Source: Lentisphaeria bacterium (GTDB lineage: Bacteria; Verrucomicrobiota; Lentisphaeria; Oligosphaerales; Oligosphaeraceae). Taken from it: a stretch of DNA of 56,139 nt. Position numbers and translations under genes: made by a program. Shown here in pieces: positions 19,293 through 29,224 of this stretch. The notes under the pieces were generated by a model, which saw nothing but the letters and a program-made list of their open reading frames with translations, was not told the DNA's origin and ran no database searches. The stretch covers positions 1 through 56,139 of the forward strand of contig JBAYAV010000001.1 of NCBI GenBank assembly GCA_041669565.1, written 5' to 3'. The first letter of the stretch is position 1, and each line of letters begins with the position of its first letter.

Positions 19293-20618
19293 ATGAAGAC
19301 GCAACGATCGGCCAATTTAATTTATCACAGTGAACCAAAACCAGGGAAACTGGAGATTATAAGTAGCAAGCCATGCAAGACGCAGGATGATTTAGCGAAA
19401 GCCTACACCCCAGGTGTCGCTGAGCCCTGCCTAGAAATAAAGAATTGTCCGGAAAAAGTTTACGATTACACCGGCAAGGGAAACACGATTGCCGTTGTCA
19501 GTGATGGCACGGCGGTTTTGGGATTAGGCAATATTGGTCCAGAAGCCGGTCTTCCAGTCATGGAGGGAAAATCTGTTTTGTTAAAGCGGTTTGCAGACAT
19601 AGATTCTGTACCCATTTGTTTAAGCAAAGTTTTTAATGCAGAAGGCAATACAGATGCCAATAAATTGATACAGGTTGTAGAATGTTTAGAGCCCTCTTTT
19701 GGCGGAATAAATTTAGAAGACATTGCTTCTCCGGCATGTTTTATTGTTGAACCGGAATTAAAAAGGCGGATGAATATACCTGTTTTTCACGACGACCAGC
19801 ATGGTACAGCCATTATCTCTTTAGCCGCCCTCTTGAATGCCGCGACGTTCCTCGGCAAAAAATTATCAGACCTAAAGATTGTCGTTAATGGAGCGGGTGC
19901 AGCCGGTTTATCCTGTGCATTATTTTACGTAAAAGCCGGTGTTCGCAAAGAGAACGTCATTTTATGTGACAAAACAGGTGTTGTCACCAAAGATAATTAT
20001 CCCAGCGAAAGAGCTTTACAGTTAGCCACGACTCGTCCGGTAAAAACGCTTGCTGATGCACTACGCGGCGCGGATATGTTTTTAGGCTGTTCCGTCCGCA
20101 ATTGTGTTACCCAGGAAATGATTCGTAGCATGGCTCCGAATCCCATTGTCTTTGCAATGGCAAACCCCGTCCCTGAGATTAGTCCGGAAGACGCATTGGA
20201 AGCGGGTGCCGCAGTACTTGGAACGGGACGCACGGATTACCCGAATCAAATAAACAATGTGCTTGGTTTCCCTGGAATTTTTCGCGGAGCACTGGATGTT
20301 CGTGCCAAAGATATCACCGACTCGATGTGTATTGCCGCGGCCAAAGCTTTGACCGAAATAACTCAGGCAGAAATTCCAGCGGACATTCTTGCCGAGTTAA
20401 CCAAGGCTTACCCGAAAGATGCGGCAAATGGCGTTTTTGCAGGGAAGAAACCACTAAAGGCCACCTACGTTCTACCGAAGCCATTTGATCCGCGCGTGGT
20501 TCCTCATGTTGCCCGATGTGTTGCTGAAGTTGCCATACGTGAAGGGATTGCGCAAAAAGAAATCAAAGATTTTGATGCTTATGAAAAATCTGTAATCGAA
20601 CGGTTAAAAAATCATTAA
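19293..20618 (+). CDS. NAD(P)-dependent malic enzyme (short prokaryotic form)
   Basis: 441 aa with DGTAVLGLGNIGP, FGGINLEDI, DDQHGTA and the Rossmann VVNGAGAAG. Confidence 0.92.
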   Translation: MKTQRSANLIYHSEPKPGKLEIISSKPCKTQDDLAKAYTPGVAEPCLEIKNCPEKVYDYTGKGNTIAVVSDGTAVLGLGNIGPEAGLPVMEGKSVLLKRFADIDSVPICLSKVFNAEGNTDANKLIQVVECLEPSFGGINLEDIASPACFIVEPELKRRMNIPVFHDDQHGTAIISLAALLNAATFLGKKLSDLKIVVNGAGAAGLSCALFYVKAGVRKENVILCDKTGVVTKDNYPSERALQLATTRPVKTLADALRGADMFLGCSVRNCVTQEMIRSMAPNPIVFAMANPVPEISPEDALEAGAAVLGTGRTDYPNQINNVLGFPGIFRGALDVRAKDITDSMCIAAAKALTEITQAEIPADILAELTKAYPKDAANGVFAGKKPLKATYVLPKPFDPRVVPHVARCVAEVAIREGIAQKEIKDFDAYEKSVIERLKNH

Positions 20619-20620
20619 CG

Positions 20621-21400
20621 ATGCCCTACCCCTATCTTGACATGGCATACAGCTCCAATTGCGGCAGCATTCGTAAAAAGAATGAGGACGCCGGATGCAT
20701 TGCTGCATCGCTCGGATTTTGTGCAGTAGCCGATGGCCTAGGGGGATGTTCAGCTGGTGATGTTGCCAGTGCTATGGTTCTTTCGCAGTTAAAAGAGCAA
20801 ATCGGCAAAGAGACTGTTTCTTCATGGACTGAGCGTCGTTCAGCAATACACAAAGCTCTTTTAGTCGCAGATCACGATTTAATGATCTATGCACAAGAGA
20901 AAGGTTACAAGAATGGCTGTGGTTCTACGGTTGCCGGGTTGTTATTCAACCAAGAGAATCCTTTGCAAGCGCTAGGGTTTAACATAGGAGACAGCCGAAT
21001 TTATCGGATGCGAGACAAGAAGTTAACGCTTTTGAGTCAGGATCACACTATTGCGGCTGAAACAGGGATACCGGAGCAAGATTTACCTCACATTTATCAT
21101 GGAATGCTGACCAAAGCGATTGGTTTTGGATTTGCGAATCGCCCAACAATGGTTGAATTATCAATGCAGGAAAAAGACCTTTACCTGCTTTGCACAGATG
21201 GATTAAATAAAGTTTTCAACGACAGAGAACTTGAAGCGATTTTAGGGGCATACATCGACGACAACGCCGAAGTCCTTTTAGAAACATTAATAAAAAATGC
21301 CATGATGGGTATTTCACCGGATAATATCACAGCCGTCATTGTAAAGATTTCAAATTTTGTAGAAAAGAACGATTTCCGGTCCCAAGAGAAACACTTATAA
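20621..21400 (+). CDS. PP2C-family Ser/Thr protein phosphatase
   Basis: 259 aa with RKKNEDA, AVADGLGG, LLCTDGL and DNITAVIV motifs. It starts 2 nt after the malic enzyme stop. Confidence 0.88.
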   Translation: MPYPYLDMAYSSNCGSIRKKNEDAGCIAASLGFCAVADGLGGCSAGDVASAMVLSQLKEQIGKETVSSWTERRSAIHKALLVADHDLMIYAQEKGYKNGCGSTVAGLLFNQENPLQALGFNIGDSRIYRMRDKKLTLLSQDHTIAAETGIPEQDLPHIYHGMLTKAIGFGFANRPTMVELSMQEKDLYLLCTDGLNKVFNDRELEAILGAYIDDNAEVLLETLIKNAMMGISPDNITAVIVKISNFVEKNDFRSQEKHL

Positions 21401-21444
21401 ATAAATAGAATTATTTTTTAAAATTCTAAAAAAAAGGAAAAAAT

Positions 21445-22326
21445 ATGTCTGAAAAGAAAACAGAATCCTGTCCTGACAACTGTGCTGGAAATTGTGAAAC
21501 ATGTTCTCAGCAGCAGAAAAAGCAGCGGCAGATGGAGCAGCAGGAAAACATTCAATTAAAAGAATGCCTTGATCACATTAAGCATAAAATCGTCGTTATT
21601 TCTGGAAAAGGCGGTGTTGGAAAAAGCACCGTTTCGGTTAATCTCGCATTGTCATTGGCAATGGAAGGCAAGAAAGTCGGCATCCTGGATATTGACATTC
21701 ATGGACCAAGCGTTCCCAAAATGCTTCAAGCCGAAGATTACAAACTTGTGGGCCAAGCGGAAAAAATGCTTCCCATTGAGGTTGCCGGATTAAAATTAAT
21801 GTCCATCGGCTTTGTTTTGAAATCACCGGATGATGCGGTGATTTGGCGTGGCCCGATGAAGATGAATGTAATCAAGCAATTTTTAGCGGATGTTGCCTGG
21901 GGCGAATTAGACTATTTGATTGTAGACGCACCTCCGGGAACAGGGGACGAGCCCCTGACCATTTGTCAGCTTCTAACCGGCGAAGTTGGTGCCGTTATCG
22001 TAACCACTCCGCAGGCTGTTGCCGCCAGTGACGTCAGCAAATCTCTGAATTTTTGTGAGCAGCTCAAAATAAGAGTTATTGGCATTGTTGAAAACATGAG
22101 TGGTTTTATCTGCCCGAAATGCGGAACACTCACCAACATATTTTCAACGGGTGCTGGCGAAGAATTAGCCAAAAAGTACAACGTGCCTCTGTTAGGCAAA
22201 ATTCCAATTGATCCGGTTATTTGTCAAAGCGGTGATGCCGGTACGCCTTTTGTAAGTGCATTTAAGAATTCTACCTCTGCCAAGGCATTTGCAAAAGTTA
22301 TTGAGCCTATTTTAGAACAAGAATAA
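21445..22326 (+). CDS. Mrp/NBP35/ApbC-family Fe-S cluster carrier ATPase with an extra N-terminal Cys cluster
   Basis: 293 aa. Deviant Walker [11 protein letters not shown], conserved CPKCG, and an N-terminal [12 protein letters not shown] segment. Confidence 0.9.
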   Translation: MSEKKTESCPDNCAGNCETCSQQQKKQRQMEQQENIQLKECLDHIKHKIVVISGKGGVGKSTVSVNLALSLAMEGKKVGILDIDIHGPSVPKMLQAEDYKLVGQAEKMLPIEVAGLKLMSIGFVLKSPDDAVIWRGPMKMNVIKQFLADVAWGELDYLIVDAPPGTGDEPLTICQLLTGEVGAVIVTTPQAVAASDVSKSLNFCEQLKIRVIGIVENMSGFICPKCGTLTNIFSTGAGEELAKKYNVPLLGKIPIDPVICQSGDAGTPFVSAFKNSTSAKAFAKVIEPILEQE

Positions 22327-22354
22327 GGCAAAACTTCCGTTTTAAACGTAAAAA

Positions 22355-22388
22355 CCGCATACCCTTTTTCAGGGCATGCGGTTTTTTT
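22355..22388 (+). terminator. rho-independent terminator after the mrp-like gene
   Basis: CCGCATACCCT-TTTTC-AGGGCATGCGG followed by TTTTTTT. Confidence 0.8.
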
Positions 22389-22410
22389 GATATTTTATCA
22401 AAGCACAAAA

Positions 22411-22453
22411 GCCGAAAAGAAGGCCGCAGCCGTTATAAACAGCTACGGCCTTC
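22411..22453 (-). terminator. probable terminator of the Gfo/Idh/MocA gene
   Basis: GAAGGCCGCAGC / GCTACGGCCTTC stem (1 mismatch), followed by a short U-run on the minus strand. It converges with the previous terminator. Confidence 0.5.
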
Positions 22454-22483
22454 TAACATTCTGTTCTTCCCTAACAAGAAGAA

Positions 22484-23557
22484 CTACAGATTATCGCTAT
22501 GCAGTGGAAACATCGGATTTTGCAATTTGACTTTTTCGGTCATTTCCACAACTTTGAAAGATTCTTCTAATGCCACAGGGAACTTCTTATTTTCCCGGAT
22601 AGCCTGATAGACATAATGATAAATATCATCGGTATCATATTTATTAGAAGGCGCTACTGGAATTGTTTCTTCGACCCATTCCGGTGTTTCCGTCCCACCA
22701 AAAGAACCCTTCATTGGCGGATTTTCCGGATGTGCTTTGCCTTTTGGAAATTTACATTCCGGTTTAAGATAACGCAACTGGATGTCTTTTTCATCTTTGC
22801 TGATAAGAGAACCACGGGTACCATATACCGCATAGACTGGTGATGCCAATGCAATACCGCCGGAGATTTCCACATCAATAATACGGTCATTTTCGCCGGT
22901 AAATACGATTTTTAAATGATCTTCTGCATCGCCTAATGCCGCGATTCGTTTTAAGTTACTCCAAATACCAGCAATTGGTGCTTCCATTAACTGCAACGAG
23001 TGATCGATTAAATGCGGCCCCCAATTATTCAGCTGTCCACCGCCACATTCAACAATCGTCTGCCAGTCATTTCGCCACTGATAATTATGACGACAGAGCT
23101 TAATTTCGTATACATCGCCAAGAATACCGCTCTTCATAATCTCAAACACATGATTGAAACACGGCTCAAAACGGCGATTCTGACGCGGGTACAACTTTCC
23201 CGGGAATTTTTTTGCCGCGGCCGCCAATTTTTTTACCGCCTTCATTGTGAGAGCAATCGGCTTTTCAATAAACACATACTTTCCAGTTTCCAACGCACGA
23301 ATAGCAAAAGCCACATGATCCGGCGACCGGACTGCAACGGAGATCATATCGACATCCGGGTCCTTTATAAATTGATCACCATCCAAATACGTATGAACAC
23401 CCGGATACTCCTTACTCACAACATCAAGACGATCCTGCTCTAAATCACAAACAGCAACCACCTCAAACTCGTCTTCAAATTTCTTCAATTCTTTTAGATG
23501 CATCCCATAGCCAGCACGGCCCAAACCCCAAATTCCAACCCTAATTTTCTTCTTCAT
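22484..23557 (-). CDS. Gfo/Idh/MocA-family NAD(P)-dependent oxidoreductase
   Basis: 357 aa with the N-terminal Rossmann motif VGIWGLGRAG and the FIEKP motif. Confidence 0.85.
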   Translation of the reverse strand: MKKKIRVGIWGLGRAGYGMHLKELKKFEDEFEVVAVCDLEQDRLDVVSKEYPGVHTYLDGDQFIKDPDVDMISVAVRSPDHVAFAIRALETGKYVFIEKPIALTMKAVKKLAAAAKKFPGKLYPRQNRRFEPCFNHVFEIMKSGILGDVYEIKLCRHNYQWRNDWQTIVECGGGQLNNWGPHLIDHSLQLMEAPIAGIWSNLKRIAALGDAEDHLKIVFTGENDRIIDVEISGGIALASPVYAVYGTRGSLISKDEKDIQLRYLKPECKFPKGKAHPENPPMKGSFGGTETPEWVEETIPVAPSNKYDTDDIYHYVYQAIRENKKFPVALEESFKVVEMTEKVKLQNPMFPLHSDNL

Positions 23558-23575
23558 CTTTTTTACCCTTGATTA

Positions 23576-24877
23576 TTATAAATGACGCATTTCTTTCACA
23601 CGAACGGCTTTTCCATCACTCTTCGGCAAAGATCCCTTGTCCACCAGCTCCACCTTAGGAGTCACTTGAATTTCATCACGAATATCAGCAGCAATGCGTT
23701 TACACAATGCATTTAGTTTCGTATAGTTATCCGTAAAAGCATCCGTCTTTAGTTCTGCCTGAATCAGCATATAATCAGCGCCATTATCACGACCAAGCGT
23801 TATCAGATAATCCGATCCCAGTTCCGGCAAGCGCATTAACACGCGCTCAATTTGAATTGGGAAGACATTACAGCCCTTCATAATAAACATATCATCACTG
23901 CGTCCCTGGAACCGATCAATACGACGGCTCGTACGACCACAAGCGCATGGTCCCGGAATAATCCTGGTTAAATCTCGCGTGCGATAACGAATTAGCGGAA
24001 GTGCCTCGCGGTCCAAAGTTGTCAACACAAGTTCCCCCATCTCGCCATCCGGAACCGGTTCCAATGTCTGCGGATTCACAATTTCCATCAAATAGCAGTC
24101 TTCCCACATATGCATGCCCTTTTCTTCCTTGCACTCGAAAGCAACTCCGGGCCCATTCATTTCAGTCATACCAAACGAATTATAGGCTGGGCAGCCATAC
24201 ATTTCTTCGATTCTCTTACGAGTTTCTTCCGAATGCGGTTCTGCGCCGATAAACAGCCGTTTCAATTTTGTATCTTTTTGCGGCGTCAGCCCCAAGTCAT
24301 CAAAAACTGCCCGCAGCCGTCCCAGATAACTGGGCACTGCATGCATCGTAGTAGTACCAAAGTCACGCATCAATTTAATTTGTCGCCGGCTATTTCCTGC
24401 GCCAGCGGGAATCGTCATACAGCCCACTTTTTCAGCGCCGTACTGAAAGCCGAGTCCGCCGGTAAATAGCCCATATCCGCTCGAATTCTGAAAAATATCC
24501 GTGTTTCGAGTTCCCACAGAGAACATTGAACGTGCAACAAGATTTACCCAAGAGTCAAGATCATGGCGATTATAAAGAACAGCCACGGGATTTCCCGTAG
24601 TTCCACTGGTACAATGCATGCGAACAATATCATCCGTACTACAAGTCAAAAGGCCATAGGGATAATTATTCCGCATATCTTCTTTTGTCGTCATTGGAAA
24701 TTTACGAAGGTCTTCCAAAGATTTAATAGAATCTACACTGAGATTATTCTCAGCGAAGACTTTTTTATAATAAGGAGACATCGCTGCGCGCTGCACACTT
24801 TTCAATAACCTTTTCAATTGCAATTCATGCAATTTTGGGGTCGGCAGCGTTTCAATTTCCTCTTGCCAATACATCAT
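23576..24877 (-). CDS. phenylacetate-CoA ligase-family adenylate-forming enzyme (PaaK/F390 synthetase-like)
   Basis: 433 aa with the N-terminal YWQEEIETL, an AMP-binding loop TSGTTGNP, and a typical PaaK-like C-terminal domain. Confidence 0.85.
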   Translation of the reverse strand: MMYWQEEIETLPTPKLHELQLKRLLKSVQRAAMSPYYKKVFAENNLSVDSIKSLEDLRKFPMTTKEDMRNNYPYGLLTCSTDDIVRMHCTSGTTGNPVAVLYNRHDLDSWVNLVARSMFSVGTRNTDIFQNSSGYGLFTGGLGFQYGAEKVGCMTIPAGAGNSRRQIKLMRDFGTTTMHAVPSYLGRLRAVFDDLGLTPQKDTKLKRLFIGAEPHSEETRKRIEEMYGCPAYNSFGMTEMNGPGVAFECKEEKGMHMWEDCYLMEIVNPQTLEPVPDGEMGELVLTTLDREALPLIRYRTRDLTRIIPGPCACGRTSRRIDRFQGRSDDMFIMKGCNVFPIQIERVLMRLPELGSDYLITLGRDNGADYMLIQAELKTDAFTDNYTKLNALCKRIAADIRDEIQVTPKVELVDKGSLPKSDGKAVRVKEMRHL

Positions 24878-24952
24878 TTTATTACACCTGTTCCTTTTCT
24901 TTATATTTTTGGGAATACCGGGAAAAGATCTTTTTTCCGGATTTTTATTCCG

Positions 24953-26185
24953 TTAAAAAACACCATGCTGTTTTAACTTTTGCAACGCCGCCATTTCGAT
25001 TTGGCGCACTCGTTCACTAGATAGATGAAAGGTTTGACTAATTTGTTCATAGGTTTCCGATTCACAATTATTCAGTCCAAAATGGCGCTCCACGATTTGG
25101 CGTTCCCGCAAATCCAAACACCCGAGTGCCTGTTGGATTAAATCCGGCAGCGAGTTTTCCGAATGCTGTCCCTGCTGCAAATGCAGACTTTCATCACCGT
25201 CTATGATCTCTTCCCAATTCTGATTATCCGTACCGATATTCTGTAAAGAAATCGGCTGTTGGGCCATCTTCATTAATCCGCGTATGCGTGACACTGAAAG
25301 ATTCAGCTTTTTAGAAATTTCTGAAACTTGCGGCATTTCGCCCTTTTCCTGCAGAAGTTCCCGCTCACAACGCCGGATCTTGCCGATTTCACGAATAATG
25401 TGTACCGGCATGCGTATTGTGCGTCCTAATGTACAGAGAGCTTTGCTGATAAACTGACGAATCCAGTAAGTAGCATAAGTGCTAAATCGATGTCCGCGTT
25501 TATATTCAAACCCCTCCACCGCACGCAGCAGCCCCATATTTCCTTCCTGGATTAAATCGGACAGACTCAGTCCATTCCCAGAAGAATAGCGTTTTGCAAT
25601 ACTAATAACTAAACGCAGATTGCCATTAACCAGATTTTCACGACCATCCATCAATTTTTTCCAGAGCTCTTGCAGGTGTATGTTTTGCTCCAGTCTTTTT
25701 TTTTCAGAAACAGACTCATTTTTCCATTTATTTTCGAAAAGTTCTTTTATACACCGTTCATAAAATTTATCTCGACCGGAGAGAATACCAAGCGCTATAA
25801 TATCCGAAGAGAAGCAGAATTTTTTCTTAGGGCTCAAATCACGATCCCATAATTCAATAAAATCATCAATAACTTCTTTGCGGGATTTATCCTCAGCGAA
25901 CTGAAAATATTCCCGTAATTTTTCTCGTTCGGAATCCATTATTTGGGAAACAACCTGATATAGCAAAGCAGATTGAGAATTCAATATTTTTTCAATTTCT
26001 CGGCGGCTTTCTGTAAACTGACGTGCCCAAAATGCCTCCTCTGCTCCTGTCAGCAAAGAGTACTGGCCAACATCATGCAGATAGGATTCCTGCATTTCAT
26101 ACACCCCCCAATAACGGGAAGAGCCTTCACGATTCTCAGTATTGAGTATCGTCATATGATTTGATTGTTTCGATGAATTAAACAT
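24953..26185 (-). CDS. sigma-70 family RNA polymerase sigma factor (group 1/2, RpoD/RpoS-like)
   Basis: 410 aa. Region 1.2 [12 protein letters not shown]. Region 2 [12 protein letters not shown]...[35 protein letters not shown]. Region 3 RTIRMPVH. Region 4 [21 protein letters not shown]. Confidence 0.9.
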   Translation of the reverse strand: MFNSSKQSNHMTILNTENREGSSRYWGVYEMQESYLHDVGQYSLLTGAEEAFWARQFTESRREIEKILNSQSALLYQVVSQIMDSEREKLREYFQFAEDKSRKEVIDDFIELWDRDLSPKKKFCFSSDIIALGILSGRDKFYERCIKELFENKWKNESVSEKKRLEQNIHLQELWKKLMDGRENLVNGNLRLVISIAKRYSSGNGLSLSDLIQEGNMGLLRAVEGFEYKRGHRFSTYATYWIRQFISKALCTLGRTIRMPVHIIREIGKIRRCERELLQEKGEMPQVSEISKKLNLSVSRIRGLMKMAQQPISLQNIGTDNQNWEEIIDGDESLHLQQGQHSENSLPDLIQQALGCLDLRERQIVERHFGLNNCESETYEQISQTFHLSSERVRQIEMAALQKLKQHGVF

Positions 26186-26218
26186 TCGCCCCTGTATTTC
26201 AACATCACATCAGATAAT

Positions 26219-26995
26219 TTATTCGTCCTGTTTTACTCGATCCCATAGAATCATTAATTTTTCAACAGTTAAATCATCCAAAGCCGAACCATCTTTGAAC
26301 GCAAAATCTTCCATCGCTTTATACCGACGGATAAATTTTTTTATAGAAGAGTGCATTGCCTCTTCCGCTTCAATTTTACGCCAGCGACACAAGTTAACGA
26401 TTGCCATCAAGAGATCTCCAAGTTCCTCCTCCACGGCGTCAGAATCATCATTTGCAATCGCTTCGCGTACTTCTTTCCATTCCTCATCTACTTTTGCAAT
26501 AGCCGCCTCTATTGAGCGCCATTCAAAGCCATGCCTTGAAGCTTTTATCAGTGTCTTTTGAGCGCGCGCTAATCCGGGCATTGAACGTGGGACGCCATCG
26601 ATTCCCGACAATCGCGATGCTTTTTTTTCCGGCTCACAGGCTTTGCTTTTTTCCCACGCTTTCAGAGCATCCTCTGAATTTTTTGCATGCACAGTTCCAA
26701 AAACATGCGGATGGCGGCGCAGCAGCTTTTCACATTCTTCTCGGACAACATCTTCAAAAGAAAAACGGCAGTCTTCAGCAGCAATCTGCGCATGGAAAAG
26801 GACTTGCAAGAGCAAATCGCCCAACTCTTCACGCATTCCTGCTTCATCCTGCTCTTCCAACGCATCTAAAAATTCACCGCACTCTTCAACAAGACAGCGC
26901 TTCATGCTTTTTGAAGTTTGAATTTTATCCCAAGGACAGCCATCTTCCGCCCGCAAACGAGATACAATTCGTATTAATTCATCCATTTGTTTCAC
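26219..26995 (-). CDS. mazG: nucleoside triphosphate pyrophosphohydrolase MazG
   Basis: 258 aa with two tandem MazG domains. Contains CPWDK, EECGEFLDALEE, ELGDLLLQV, RHPHVFG, and a second EELGDLLMAIVNL. Confidence 0.9.
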   Translation of the reverse strand: MKQMDELIRIVSRLRAEDGCPWDKIQTSKSMKRCLVEECGEFLDALEEQDEAGMREELGDLLLQVLFHAQIAAEDCRFSFEDVVREECEKLLRRHPHVFGTVHAKNSEDALKAWEKSKACEPEKKASRLSGIDGVPRSMPGLARAQKTLIKASRHGFEWRSIEAAIAKVDEEWKEVREAIANDDSDAVEEELGDLLMAIVNLCRWRKIEAEEAMHSSIKKFIRRYKAMEDFAFKDGSALDDLTVEKLMILWDRVKQDE

Positions 26996-27470
26996 AATAA
27001 CCTACTAATTCCAGTACATAAAAACTTCCAATATATTTTTCGGACATTCGTGCAATGCCAAGACTTGCGTACCAACTTCAAACGACGATTCTGTTTTTCT
27101 TTTACCTCCGCAGCAAATCAGTACAGCAGCGCAATCTTCAAACTTTCCGAGGCAATCCAAAGAAGCGCACTGCTCCATTGAAATCTTACACACCGCAAAT
27201 CACTAATTCTGTGTTACAACAAAAAACATCCAAATTTTGTACACATCAATAATATAGCCCCTTCTACCACAAACACAAAAAAAAGAACGCCAGAAATAAC
27301 ACCCAAAACGATGCAAATTTACTCCTCTTGTTTCCATCAAGTTCTTTTCTTCCAAAAGCCTAACAACAACAACGGATTCTTTTGAGAGGCTGGGAAGTAT
27401 CCTCAACGGGAGACAAGCGACTACTTTTTTTTGCCCAGCACTCCGCCTTTTTAGCATTTGGAAAATCTAC

Positions 27471-27502
27471 GAAAAAGGGAGAAGAAAAATTCTTCCCCCT
27501 TT
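27471..27502 (-). terminator. rho-independent terminator downstream of the 536-aa gene
   Basis: On the minus strand: AGGGGGAAGA-ATTTT-TCTTCTCCCT followed by TTTTT. It lies about 76 nt after the stop at 27578. Confidence 0.65.
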
Positions 27503-27577
27503 AGGTATAGTCGGATAACTTGCCGGACAATAAAGGGATATTCATTGCCGCAAAATAGCTTGATTTTCTTTCTAATT

Positions 27578-29188
27578 TTACCGAATTTTCGGTGCCTTTA
27601 ATTCCTTTGCAGTCGGGATGAAATTCTCTTTTGCAGAAGGCAGTCGTTCCTCAAGATGTTCGGCCATTTTCGGTGAAATTCGCATTTTTGTAATTGCCAG
27701 GCTGGTTTCCTGCATCTGGCGCCATGGCGGCAGCCCGCGGCGGCGTTCCGTACCCTCAACAGCTTTTTGATACTTATCATAGAGTTTTTTTGCAATCTGT
27801 AGATAATTTTCAGCGACTTCATCTTCTTCGATAGCCAGCTGATAGTAGGCATTCATCAAATACCCCTGAACAGCACCCTGTGCTTGTTGATAAGAAGAAG
27901 AGTCCATGTCTTCGGCAAGCTCTTTTAACACAAAATCATCGATATTTCCTTTAAAACGCTGGGGATTAAGCTTTTTCCCCATATCCATATATTCTTGTGC
28001 TTTTTCTTTTTTACCGAATTCAAACAGCGTCACAATAGCATCAACCACAAAATTCACATAGGCGCTTTTTACACTATTTGTATCCTGATACAGGTCCATC
28101 GCTTTTTTATAACTGTCACGCACAGCATCCACAATTTCGATATTTGGGGTCATTTCGAGATGCTCCATGTCCTTCAAATAGACCAATCGTCCCATTTGGA
28201 ACGCATTGTTTAACGACTGAAAGATCATCCGATCGCAGCTAAGGCGTTTAAACGTATCTCTTTTATCAAACCAGTGTTCCCGCCCGCGTTCTGCCCAATA
28301 AATAGCATGCGCTTCTGGCAATCGCCATTCCAGATTACCGTAACGTTTATCTAATTTCAGGATCCATTTAGGATCCAGGCGATATTTATACAGCATCCAG
28401 CGATGGCGCAGACACAGCTCTACTTTTTCTTTTATTTTTAGATCATCCAGTTGTGTTGCGATTTTTTCTGGAATAACGGCATGCTGGCGAAAGTCATTTT
28501 CAAATTCTTCAAAATTTTTATAGCCATTTGTTGCAAGGATATTCCAAAAATCAGGCTTATTATCCAGATTTGCGCGCAATTTATTTTCATTTAGCGGTGC
28601 TTTTGCGAGCAAGTCCCACTTACCGTAATAATCTCCAAAGAGCCGAATCATCTCTTTTGCCATTTCGGTCTTATAATATCGGTTTGCGTCATCGAGTCCT
28701 TTGCCCATCTTATGCTGATAGATCCACCCCAGCTGATGAAACAATTCCGGATCACCCGGATTATAATTCAGTGCCTCATCACGAATTAGTTCTATTCCGC
28801 GCTTTACCCACCGCCAGCGATCTTCGAAGCTCGTGAATGTAACAGAAATATTATACGCCATATTCCAAGCTAAAAAAGCTGCTGAATCGGTAAAGCGGGG
28901 CTGTAATTTTACAATCCATTTTGCCAGCTGGACCATCTCGAAATACTTGCCTTCATCTTTCATTCTTGTCGAACGAAGCCACAGCCAATCCGCGATCAAT
29001 CCGCGAAATCCACCAAGGGCAACGCTTGTAAAAGCAACCAGCGGGGGGGCATTTTCTAAGGGTGCCACATCCGTTAAATGATAATCTGCTCGAACCGCAT
29101 TCATCCGATTTTGCACCATTGACAAAACACATAACAATACAACAAAACTCAGAATCAATCCGGTAAAATGCTTTTTACTATTTTTCAT
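27578..29188 (-). CDS. hypothetical membrane-anchored, mostly alpha-helical (TPR-like?) protein
   Basis: 536 aa. One N-terminal TM helix (LILSFVVLLCVLSMV), then the segment LGGFRGLIADWLWLR and a W/Y/K/E-rich helical body. I recognise no catalytic motif. Confidence 0.6.
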   Translation of the reverse strand: MKNSKKHFTGLILSFVVLLCVLSMVQNRMNAVRADYHLTDVAPLENAPPLVAFTSVALGGFRGLIADWLWLRSTRMKDEGKYFEMVQLAKWIVKLQPRFTDSAAFLAWNMAYNISVTFTSFEDRWRWVKRGIELIRDEALNYNPGDPELFHQLGWIYQHKMGKGLDDANRYYKTEMAKEMIRLFGDYYGKWDLLAKAPLNENKLRANLDNKPDFWNILATNGYKNFEEFENDFRQHAVIPEKIATQLDDLKIKEKVELCLRHRWMLYKYRLDPKWILKLDKRYGNLEWRLPEAHAIYWAERGREHWFDKRDTFKRLSCDRMIFQSLNNAFQMGRLVYLKDMEHLEMTPNIEIVDAVRDSYKKAMDLYQDTNSVKSAYVNFVVDAIVTLFEFGKKEKAQEYMDMGKKLNPQRFKGNIDDFVLKELAEDMDSSSYQQAQGAVQGYLMNAYYQLAIEEDEVAENYLQIAKKLYDKYQKAVEGTERRRGLPPWRQMQETSLAITKMRISPKMAEHLEERLPSAKENFIPTAKELKAPKIR

Positions 29189-29224
29189 ATAAATTCCCGT
29201 ATTTACGACTAAAAGCCCTCAAAA

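Noticed and set aside
24878-24952. Hairpin CCGGGAAAAGATCTTTTTTCCGG between the sigma-factor stop and the paaK-like start, considered as a terminator.
   Set aside because: No U-run follows on the minus (transcribed) strand. The AT-rich stem is weak, and I could not separate it from chance.
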